This document shows positions 35,924-45,331 of a stretch of 64,000 nucleotides of DNA, piece after piece (the stretch's first letter is position 1; each line of letters starts with the position of its first letter). The notes under the pieces are model-generated. The model was not told where the DNA came from. It saw nothing but the letters and a program-made list of their open reading frames with translations, and made no database searches. Source of the DNA: an uncultured Acidobacteriota bacterium (GTDB taxonomy: Bacteria; Acidobacteriota; Thermoanaerobaculia; UBA5066; Gp7-AA6); the NCBI GenBank assembly GCA_963725095.1, contig CAVRXJ010000025.1, forward strand, positions 407,949-471,948, given 5' to 3'. Made by a program: the position numbers and the translations under genes.

Positions 35924-38248
35924 GTCTCGAATCGGCCGCGGCGCAGGCGCAGCGCGTTGCCGATGACCGACACCGAGCTGAAGCTCATGGCGGCGGCCGC
36001 GATCATCGGGCTCAAGAGCAGCCCGAAGACCGGGTAGAGGACGCCCGCCGCGATCGGCACGCCGAGCGGCGTTGTAGACGAACGCGAAGAAGAGGTTCTG
36101 CCGGATGTTGCGCATCGTCGCCGCGGCTAGAGGCGCCGCGCGCGCACGATGCCGCGCAGGTCGCCCTTGACGAGCGTGACGCCGGCGCTCTGCATCGCGA
36201 CGTCGGTCCCGGTTCCCATGGCGATCCCGACGTCGCGCCTGCGCCAGGGCCGGCGCGTCGTTGATGCCGTCGCCCGCCATGGCCACGACGCGGCCCTCGG
36301 CCTGAAGGCGCTTGACGACGTCGACCTTCTCGTCGGGCAGGACCTCGGCCACGACCTCGTCGATGCCGAGCTGCCGCGCGACCGCCTCCGCCGTCGTCCC
36401 GATGGTCGCCCGGTCACCATCACGATGCGAAGCCCTTCGCGGCGGAGCTCGCCGAGGGCCTCGCGCGCGTCGTCGCCTTGATCGGATCGGCGACGCCGAG
36501 CAGTCCCGCAGCCTGGCCGTCCACCGCGGCGAAGAGGACCGTCGCGCCCCTCGCGCGCGCAGCGCCTCGGCCCTCGCCGCCAGCGGCCCGGCGTCGATCC
36601 CGAGCTCCGCGAGGAGCGCCTGGTTTCCCAGCGCGACCCGTCGGCCGCCGACGCTGCCCGTCGACACCCTTGCCGGTCGTCGACCGGAAACCCGCGACGG
36701 CCGAGCAGCGCGATCCCGCGCTCTTCGGCCGCCGGCCACGATCGCGGCGGCGAGCGGGTGCTCGCTGCCGCGCTCGAGGCTCGCGGCCAGACCGCAGCAG
36801 CTCCGCCTCCGTCAGATCCCGCCGCCGGGACGACCGACGTCAGGCGCGGCTTCCCTTCGGTCAGCGTTCCGGTCTTGTCGACGACGAGCGTGTCGACCTT
36901 CTCGAAGCGTCTCGATCGCCTCGGCGTTGCGGAACAGGACGCCGAGCGTCGCCCCCTTGCCGGTCGCCACCATGATGGACATCGGCGTCGCCAGTCCGAG
37001 CGCGCACGGGCAGGCGATGATCAGCACCGCGACGGCGTTGACGAGGGCGTGGGCCAGCCGCGGCTCCGGCCCGAGCAGGCCCAGACGACGAACGTGAGCG
37101 ACGGCGACGGCGATCACCGCCGGAACGAAGTAGCCCGAGACCACGTCGGCCAGCCGCTGGATCGGCGCGCGGCTGCGCTGCGCCTCGGCGACCATGCGCA
37201 CGATCTGCGCGAGCAGCGTCTCGGCGCCGACCCGCTCGGCCCGCATCACGAAGGAGCCCGTGCCGTTGACCGTGGCGCCGATCACGCGGTCGCCCGGGCG
37301 CCTTCTCGACCGGGATCGACTCGCCGGTGACCATCGACTCGTCGACGGCGCTCGCTCCCCTTCGACGACGCCGTCGACCGGCACCTTCTCGCCCGGCCGG
37401 ACGCGCAGCCGGTCGCCGACCTGCACCTCGGCGAGCGGCACATCCTCCTCCGAGCCGTCCGCGCCGACGCGCCGCGCGGTCTTCGGCGCCAGGTCCGAGC
37501 AGCGCGCGGATCGCCGCGCCCGTGCGGCTGCGCGCCTGGAGCTCCAGGACCTGCCCGAGCAGCACGAGCGTGACGATGACCGCGGCGGCCTCGAAGTAGA
37601 CGCCGACCCGGCCCGCGTGGTCCCGGAAGGATCGGGGAAGAGGCTCGGACAGAACGTGGCGACGAGGCTGTAGAGATAGGCGACCGCCACGCCGAGCCCG
37701 ATCAGCGTGAACATGTTGAGGCTGCGGTGGACGATCGACCGCCAGGCGCGCATGGAAGAACGGCCAGCCTCCCCAGAGCACGACCGGCGTCGCGAGCGCG
37801 GCCTCGACCCAGCGCGACAGGCGGCGATCCGCGCAGGCGCAGCGCCGCCGGGCCCGATCGGCAGCATCTCGCCCATCGCCAGCACGAGGATCGGCGCCGT
37901 CAGGACCGCCGACGACCCAGAAGCGCCGGCGCATGTCGCGTCAGTTCCGGGTTCTCCTCCTCGTCCGCCGTCGACGACGCGAGGCTCGAGCGCCATTCCG
38001 CAGATCGGACAGTCCCCCGGCCCGTCGCGCACGATCTGCGGGTGCATCGGGCACACCCATGCGTTCCCCGTTCCCGGCGAAGGAGGCGGCCCGCCCCGCG
38101 GCGCGCCGGGTATCGCTCCGGGTCCGCTTCGAATTTCGCGCGGCACCCCGGGTGGCAGAAGAAGAACGCGCGCCCGTCCGCGTCGAGAGATCGCCGCCGC
38201 CGGATCCACCGACATGCCGCAGACGGGTTTCGTCGCCTCCGGGGTCAC
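35854..38248 (-). CDS. copA: copper/silver-translocating P1B-type ATPase with N-terminal TRASH/YHS-like and HMBD metal-binding modules; many frame breaks
   Basis: The CPC motif [14 protein letters not shown], plus TGE-region and DKTGT-region remnants, are in ORF 36812... [17 protein letters not shown] is in ORF 35792.. and [22 protein letters not shown] is in ORF 36127... The C-terminal TM segment is in ORF 35854... The N-terminus reads [13 protein letters not shown]...[19 protein letters not shown] and [26 protein letters not shown]. The GTG start overlaps the upstream stop. Confidence 0.8.
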
Positions 38249-39593
38249 ATCGAATGCCCGGCGGCCCCCCAGCGCAGGCGCAGGAAGAAGTGGCCCGACA
38301 GGGGAAAGTCCCCGTACACCGGCTTCAGGCTCGACGGGAAGGAATAGACGGTGATGTCGCCGGCCAGGCCCGTCTCCAGGCCCTCGACTGCGAAAGTCCG
38401 CAGATACCCGGCGGTGAACGCGAAGACGTTGGCAAACCGCGGCAGGCCCGGATCCGGCGGGTGCGGCTCGCCCTTGAACGCGAGCAGGTCGTAGTCCTTC
38501 TGAACGTACTCGGCTCGCGCAGTAGACCTGATCGCGCGCCGACATCTGCCAGGCACCCTCGAGCAGCCACGCGAAGCTCGACACCGGCTCCTCGCGTTTC
38601 TCCCCCAGAGCAGCATCGCCGCGACCGGACGATCGCCGGCGGCGCCGTATGAGACGGACGCCGTCGGCGGCGCACGTCGCCCGGCTCTTCCGCCTCGGGG
38701 TCCTTGAGAAATCCGTAGAAACCTGGCCCGACCAGCCGCCCCCGGGCGGATCCAGAGCCGACCCGACGCCGAGTCGAGCTTGCCGGATTCGATGTCCCAG
38801 CGGTCCTCGTCGGGCTCCGCGCCGTGAAAGACGGAGCCCTCGAGCGACAGCGCCTTCCACCCGTACCCGGCCGTGATGACGTCGACGGCGATGTGGGTCG
38901 AGTCCTCCCAGTGGTGGCCGAGCGGCGCCGTCGGGTTCTCGCCCGCGGAGGCCCGGTGCATGAAGGCCGTCGGGCCGAGCGCCGGGCTCGCCGACCGGCG
39001 CGAGCTGAATCCAGAAGGCCGAGCGCTCTCCGACCTGCTGGCGGTACGTCGCCGAGAGGTTCATGAAGAAGTCGTGCGGGTGCTGCCGGTCGACGATGCG
39101 GCTTCCCGTCGAACGTCTCGCCGGTCTGGAAGAGCTCCGGCGAGCCGCCTTCGGGAACGTCCCGGTTTCGAGCGAGTTCATCATCATCAGCGAGATCCGC
39201 CCGCCCCAGAGCGTCGTGCTGGACGTGGAGCATGTTCCAGTTGCTCGACTCGACGCCCTTCCTGCCGGACGGTCCGCCCTGCCCGTTGAAGGCGAGCCGC
39301 GCGACGCCGAGGTCCATCACGTGCCACTCCGGCATCTCCATCGCCGCCATCGGGGTCGTCCGGAACCATGCCCGTCATCAGCTCCATGTCGGATTGAAAG
39401 AGGTTGTGGCCCGAAGGTTCCGCCGGGTGCGAATCGGCCACGGAGTGAGACGGTGCTTCCGGCCAGCGCGGCTCGGCCGCCGGTCCGGCGTCGGCGTGGG
39501 CGTCGGGTGGTGCCCCTCATGCTGGGCACGGCCCGCCGCCGCCGCAAGCCAGCCGAGGCTCGCGAGAAACAGATCGCTCTTCCTCAAGGACAT
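38245..39593 (-). CDS. hypothetical His/Met-rich exported protein (possible outer-membrane barrel) linked to copper resistance; many frame breaks
   Basis: GGGGGAG RBS before ATG 39593 gives a signal peptide MSLRKSDLFLASLGWLAAAAG. His/Met-rich stretches follow: HEGHHPTPTP, MELMTGM, MAAMEMPEWHVM, MMMNS. Conserved-looking blocks are DRQHPHDFFM, PLGHHWEDSTHI and GYGWKALSLEGSVFHGAEPDEDRWDIE, with an aromatic C-terminal region. The pieces lie in ORFs 39378.., 39187.., 38325.., 36812.. and 38245... Confidence 0.5.
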
Positions 39594-39665
39594 TCTCCCC
39601 CGTTGCGGCGCAGACCGCCGCCACGGCGCCCGCACCATGCGGAGCGCCCCGACTCCCGGAGGGAA

Positions 39666-40100
39666 CTAGAGCCGACGGACGGAGGAAGGGATGCCGGAGG
39701 GAGGGCTCGCAAAAGGACGCGGAACGGGTGCGTAGCCGATCACGGGATCGGGTGTTTCGCCTGAACTCGCGGCTCCGGTCAGGACCGCGACAAGCTCCCG
39801 AGCCCGCTCAGTGCCGGCCGGAGCCGCCGCCTCGCGTGAGGCGGACGCCATCGCGCAGGGGTTCTCGTGCCGTTCACACGGTGCTCGATCGGGAGAAACC
39901 GGCTCCGGCACGCGCGCGCCCGCATGACAGGCACCCGGCTCGGGAGTCGCGGCCTTTTCCCGCGCCTCGGCCGCGTCGCAGGCGACACGGCAATAGAGAC
40001 CCGGCGTCGGGGTACGCACGAGAAGAACGGCCAGGGCCGCCGCGACGTTCAGGGTACGGCGCTTCACGCGATGCCGAAACACGTCGAGGCTTCCCCGCAT
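39666..40100 (-). CDS. hypothetical small exported Cys/His-containing protein
   Basis: This 144-aa ORF lies between the cytochrome c gene (7-nt gap) and the His/Met-rich gene. It has an N-terminal hydrophobic segment LNVAAALAVLLV, followed by C..AC, CH, C.RH..PC. I recognise no family, and frame integrity cannot be judged. Confidence 0.35.
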   Translation of the reverse strand: MRGSLDVFRHRVKRRTLNVAAALAVLLVRTPTPGLYCRVACDAAEAREKAATPEPGACHAGARVPEPVSPDRAPCERHENPCAMASASREAAAPAGTERARELVAVLTGAASSGETPDPVIGYAPVPRPFASPPSGIPSSVRRL

Positions 40101-40107
40101 TTCCGAC

Positions 40108-40672
40108 CTAGTTTCCGTTCGCTTTCGCAGAAGTCGCGTTTCCGTGGTGGTCAGCGCCCTCTACAGCCGCCTCGCTCAAGGCCTTCTCCTCTTCGGGCGA
40201 GAGCTCGGGAAGGTGCCGCAGGAAGGCGACGATCTTCCACACCTCCTCCTCCCGGTGTGTCGGCGAAAACGCCGGCATGCCGGTCATCCGGATGCCGTTG
40301 GCGACGATCCAGTACAGCTCGCCGTCGCTGCCGCTTCTGGACGCGCGGGAAGCGTCAGGTCCGGGGCCGGCGGGTTCAGGCCCTGCCCGTACTCGGCGGC
40401 GTCCACGCCCGGGGCGCCATGACAGCCGACGCAGTTCTCGCGGTAGTGCGAGAGGCCCTCGCGCAGGACTCTCCGGCGAAGAAGCCGACCGGGTTCTTCG
40501 CCGCCGAGCGCGCGGCGGGCGATCGAGCGATTCACGGCGAATCGCGCGAGCGACTCCTCGAGCTTCCCGGCGGCTGCGATCGCCGCGACGTTGAAGGAGC
40601 CGGACCAGAGGAAGAGACCGCCGCGACGAGCGCCAGGAGCAGGCCACCGAGGACGCCGGAGAGCCGCTTCAC
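40108..40672 (-). CDS. monoheme c-type cytochrome (exported); 2 frame breaks
   Basis: GTG 40672 gives VKRLSGVLGGLLLALVAA. The heme motif CVGCHG is in ORF 40284... The distal Met region ELYWIVANGIRMTGMPAFSPTHREEEVWKIVAFLRHL is in ORF 40108... Confidence 0.7.
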
Positions 40673-40706
40673 TCGCGGCTCTTCGCGTCCGACCGGGCCC
40701 GCCTCC

Positions 40707-41660
40707 TCAGGCATGGTTGCGGCTCGAGGCGTGACAGGTCATCTCGGCGCCGCGCTCCACCTGGATCGTCGTGTGGTCGATGCCGGCCTCTTCCTTCAGG
40801 AGCCGCTGCACGGCCTGGAGGATCTAGCCGCGCCCGCTCTCGGGCGCGGCCGAGATGTGGACGCTCGCCGAATGCAGCCCCGACGTGAGGGTCCAGAAGT
40901 GCAGGTCGTGCAGCGCTTCGACGCCCGGGGATCTCGAGGATCCGGGCGCGCAGCGTGCCGACGTCGATCTCTCCCGGCGTGCCTTCGAGCAGGATGTGCG
41001 CCGACTGTTTCAGCAGCGAGACGGCGCGCGGCAGGATGAACACCGCGACACCGATCGACACGGCGGGGTCGAGCCAGGTCCAGCCGGTGCGCGGAATCGC
41101 GATGGCCGCCGCGACGACGGCCACCGACCCGACCAGGTCCGTCAGCCACCTCCAGGTGCGCCGCCCGCAGGTTCAGGCTTTCGTTCGCGGCCGCTGCGAC
41201 AGAAGGCGCATCGCGATGAAGTTCGACGACGAGGCCCGCGACGGCGACGGCCAGCATGACGCCGCTGCGAACGACGACCGGTTCGCCGCAACCGGCCGAT
41301 CGCTTCGAAGAGCGATCCACCCCGACATGACGAGCAGGAGCTCGGCGTTGACGAATGCCGCGAGGATCTCGGCGCGGTAGAAGCCGAAGCTGTGCCGCCC
41401 GGTCGGCGCGCGGTCCGCCAGACCCATGGCCGCGTAGGCGAGGATCAGGGCGGCGATGTCGGCGAACATGTGCGCCGCGTCGGCGAGCAGGGCGAGGCTT
41501 CGCGAATAGAGCCCGCCCGCCGACCTCGAGCAGCAGAACGCCGGCCGAGAGCATGAGCGCCGCCCGCAGCCGCTGCCGCCATTGCTTGCGGTCGCCGGCC
41601 CCCGGACGGCTCCGCGGGCGATTGGGCGTGCGTGTGCGGGCGCGCGAGCTCCACCGGCAT
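40707..41660 (-). pseudogene. cation diffusion facilitator (CzcD-like) transporter, disrupted as assembled (several frame breaks plus an in-frame TAG at 40824-40826)
   Basis: SLALLADAAHMFADIAALILAYAA...RHSFGFYRAEILAAFVNA is in ORF 41173... [54 protein letters not shown] is in ORF 40669... The C-terminal domain reads [49 protein letters not shown] when translated manually. ATG 41660 directly abuts the upstream stop. Confidence 0.8.
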
Positions 41661-43689
41661 CTAGACCCGCTCGACCTGCGACCCGCGCGTCGTTGAAGCA
41701 GGCGCCGCCGCCGAGGTCGGTCAGGGTGTCGGGCGCGAGGGCCGAGGCGGTCGCGCCGTTGTCGGTGTTGTGGCTCCACAGGCCCTTCGGCAGGAAGACG
41801 ACGCCGGGCCGGATACCCTCGTCCAGGCGGGCGGGGCAACGCACCTCGCCGCTCCCGTTGAAGACGCGCACGGCCGCGCCGTCCGCGATTCCCCGCGGCG
41901 CCGCGTCGGAAGGGTGCATCTCCAGGGGGACGCGCGGGGCGTGGAGCTCGCCGAGCGTCGAGCTGATCGTGCGGTCGCTCGCAGGCGAGATCAGGGTGAG
42001 GGGGAATGCGTCGCCGGCCGGCTCCTCCCGGAAACCGTAGAGCCCGAGCGGCGCCTCGCGGTCGAGGTTCTCCGGAACGAGGTGGACCTTTCGGTCCGCC
42101 GTGCGAGGGAAGGCATCGACAAACTGCACGGGGTTCTTCCCCACCTCCGGGAAGGCGACGCCGTCGCGGGCCAGCGCCTTGCGCAGGGGTGCCCCCACAC
42201 GGCTCGACCCGAAGACCGCGTCCGTGATCTCCGCGGTCGTCTCGGGATCTCCCGGCCGCGCGACACCGGTCCGCCGGCAGAGGTCCGCGAACACCTCGTG
42301 GTTGGGCCGCGATTCCCCGACCGGCGGGATCACCGGAGGAGCCTCCTGGAGGGCGTACGCGCCGTAGCCGCGCGAGAGCTCGGTGCGCTCGAGAAAGGTC
42401 GTCGCGGGCAGCACGATGTCGGCGTAGAGCGCCGTGTCGGTCATCACGGGGTCGAACACCACCGTCAGAAGGTCCTCGCGCTCGAGGCCGCGGCGCACCT
42501 TTTCCTGCTCCGGCAGGGTCATCAGCGGATTGGCGTTGTAGACGAAGAGCAGCTTCGATCGCGGGCTTGCCGGAGAGCAGCGCCTCGCCCGCCTTGTTCA
42601 TGTTGATCTCCCGCGTCGGACGCCGGCGCCCTGCGCCGCGGCCGCCCGGGAGTCGAGGTCCCAGATCGAGGAGTTGCTCATCGTGTAGCCGCCTCCCCGC
42701 ACGCCGAACTTTCCGGCCACCGCCGGCAGCGCCAGGACCGCCGCCACGGCCGACCCGCCGTTGCGGTTGCGCTCGAGGCCCCATCCGCACCGCAGCGCCG
42801 CGGGGCTCGATTCGGCGTACAGCGACGCGAACCGCTCGATCTGCGAAGCCGCGACGCCCGAGGCCGACGCCGCGCGATCGATCGTCCAGGGCGCCGCCCG
42901 GCGGCGCAGCTCCTCGGACCCGGTCGTGTGCTCGGCGAGGAACTTCTCGTCCGCCCCGCCGTTTTCGAAGAGCCAGCGGATGACCGCGAGCGCGAGCGGA
43001 AGGTCGCCGCCGGGGCGCACCGCGAGGTGAAGGTCGGCGTGCTCGGCCAGCCGCGTGCGCCGGGGGTCGACGACGACGAGCTTGGCGCCCGCGCGCTGGG
43101 CGGCCTGGATGTGCGGCACGATGTGGATGCCGGACACGGAAGGGTTGACTCCCCAGAGGACGATCAGGCGCGCGTGCGCGTAGTCCTGGGGAGCGATCCC
43201 CGCCATCTTTCCGTAGAGGCCCGACGCCGCGCTGCTCGAGGGAGCGGCGCAGACCGTGCGGGCCAGCCGCGAAGCGCCCAGGCGCGAAAAGAGTCGGGCG
43301 TCCGTCGTGTCCTGCGAGAGGTACCCGTTGGACCCTCCATAGGACAGCGGCAGGATCGCCTCGCCCGCCCCGCGGGAGGCGAGGTCCCGGAGCCTGCCGG
43401 CGATCCGATCGAGCGCCTCGTCCCAGCTGCCCCGGCGAAACTCGCCGTCGCCCTTTCGTCCCGTCCGGATCCGCGGGTACCGCACGCGGCGGTCTCCGTG
43501 AACGTGTTCCGGGTACCGCCGCACCTTCGAGCAGATGTAACCCTCGGTCAAGGGGTTGACGCGACTGCCTCCCAGGGCGACCACCCGGTCTCCTTCCAGG
43601 CGAACCTCCAGGCTGCAGGCGTCGGGGCAGTCGAGCGGGCAGACGCTGGAGACCGTGCGGGAGTCGGGCTGGGTCGGAATGGCTTCCAT
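41661..43689 (-). CDS. molybdopterin-dependent oxidoreductase (MopB superfamily, no Tat signal seen); at least 3 frame breaks
   Basis: GGAGGA RBS before ATG 43689. The N-terminal Fe-S motif is VCPLDCPDACSL. Then LSYGGSNG...IVLWGVNPSVSGIH...KLVVVDPRRT are in ORF 42598... The section LFVYNANPL...VVFDPVMTDTALYADIVLPATTFLE and the C-terminal beta-barrel domain FPLTLISP...MHPSDAAPRGIADGAAVRVFNGSGEV are in ORF 41173... Confidence 0.8.
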
Positions 43690-43900
43690 GAACGTTGGTC
43701 CTCCGGCGTCTGATCGACACCGCGATGGTAAGCCCGACCGGGCCTCGGGGCCAACTGGACCCTCGGGGTGGCATTGGGAGGCCGGCGGATGGAGCCCCTT
43801 CGGGCCGGAAGCGAACCCCGTCGCCCGGCTGGGATGCTCCGACTCCACCCTCGACGCCGATTGCATCATCCCGGCGGCCGACGCTATCCTCTGTCGCACC

Positions 43901-44189
43901 ATGGGCGTGACGCCGGCCGTTTCGATCCACGTCTTCGGTCCGCTGCGCACGTACTGCGCCGGCGCTTCGAGGCTGTCGGTGTCGGCAGACACCGTGCGGG
44001 TTCTGCTGGCGGACCTCGAACAGAGGGAGCCCGACTTGTACCGCAACGTGTGCGACGAAACGGGCACGCTGCGCGGCCACTTGAACGTGTTCGTGAACTC
44101 GGACAACGTGCGCGATCTCGGCGGCGTCGACACGGCTCTGACAGCCGGGGGACGTGGTGACATTCCTGCCGGCGGTCTCAGGAGGTTGA
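43901..44189 (+). CDS. MoaD/ThiS-family ubiquitin-like small protein (C-terminal Gly-Gly); frame break at a G-run near ~44150
   Basis: MGVTPAVSIHVFGPLRTYCAG...LNVFVNSDNVRDLGGVDTAL lies within ORF 43556... After correcting one base in gccgggggac, the end reads AGDVVTFLPAVSGG*, which is the beta-grasp sulfur-carrier hallmark. Confidence 0.7.
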
Positions 44190-44191
44190 AG

Positions 44192-45305
44192 ATGGCGGAT
44201 CGGGTGGTTCTCACGATCGGGACGAGGAAGGGAGTGTTCGTCGCCGAAGCCGCGAAACCAAGGCGCCGCTTCGAGCTGCGCGGGCCCTTCGGTTCCGGAG
44301 TCCCGGTGTACACGACGCTCATCGACACGCGCGGCGCCCCGCGCCTGTACGCCTCGAGCTGCAATCCGTTCTTCGGCATGAAGCTGCTGCGTTCGACCGA
44401 CCTCGGGAAGTCCTTCAAGGAGACGAAGTCGGCGCCGGCCTTCCCCAAGGACGACGGACGCGCCCTGGCCAACATCTGGTCGCTCGAAGTCGGGGACGGC
44501 CGGAAGGAACTGTGGTGCGGGGTCGAACCGGCCTCCCTGTTCCGGAGTCCTGACGGCGGCGATTCGTGGCAGATGGTGCCCGGCATCAGCAATCACGAGC
44601 ACGCGCGCAAGTGGCAGCCCGGTGCGGGCGGCCTCTGCCTGCACACGATCGTGCGCGACGGCAATCGCGTGCACCTCGGGCATCTCGACCGGCGGCCACT
44701 ACGTCAGCGAGGACGGCGGCCAGACCTTCCGGGCCTCCAATCAGGGCGTCGGCGCCGGCTTCGCCCCCGATCCCTATCCCGAGTTCGGGCAGTGCGTTCA
44801 CAAGATCGCGCGGCACGAGGGCGCGCCCGGCCGGCTCTACATGCAGAACCACGGCGGATGGGCCGATTGGACCGGGCCCGGGGGACCGCGGCCGGACATC
44901 GGGGTGCTGCGCAGCGACGACTACGGCCGCTCCTGGCGATCGATCGCCAAGGGCCTGCCGTCGGACTTCGGATTCCCCATCGTCGTCCATCCGCACGACG
45001 CCGACACCGTCTACGTGCTGCCTCTCGAACCGGCGACGCGATCCTGCCCCGGCGGCGCGCCCGCCGTGTGGCGCAGCGAGAACGGCGGCGGCTCGTGGAG
45101 CCGCCTCGCGCGCGGGCTGCCGAAGAGGCAGAGCTACTTCACCGTCCAGCGTGACGCGATGGACATCGACCGGCTCAAGTCACCCGCGCTCTACTTCGGA
45201 ACGACGACCGGCCAGCTCTGGATCGGGAGGGAGGGCGGTGAAGAGTTCGACTGCCTGTTCGACTCGCTGCCGCCGATCCACAACGTCAAGGTCGCCGTCG
45301 TGTGA
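44192..45305 (+). CDS. BNR/Asp-box repeat beta-propeller protein (sialidase-like/Ycf48-like fold); frame break near ~44690
   Basis: AGGAGG RBS before ATG 44192. Five Asp-box-like motifs are present: RSTDLGKSF, RSPDGGDSW, VSEDGGQTF, RSDDYGRSW, RSENGGGSW. The pieces lie in ORFs 43556.. and 44622..45305. Confidence 0.7.
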
Positions 45306-45331
45306 GCGTCCGGCCTTCTTCGGACAGCCGC

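Noticed and set aside
40824-40826. The in-frame TAG in the CDF gene as a pyrrolysine or other recoded codon.
   Set aside because: There are no pyl genes or contextual signals in the window. The organism appears to use TAG as an ordinary stop elsewhere, for example at the ends of tsaB, pssA, acnA and the Mo-enzyme gene.
41661-43689. The Mo-oxidoreductase as the periplasmic redox partner of the adjacent cytochrome c.
   Set aside because: The enzyme's N-terminus (MEAIPTQPDSRTVSSVCPLDC) shows no twin-arginine or Sec signal, whereas the cytochrome has a signal peptide. Direct partnership across the membrane is therefore unsupported by the sequence.
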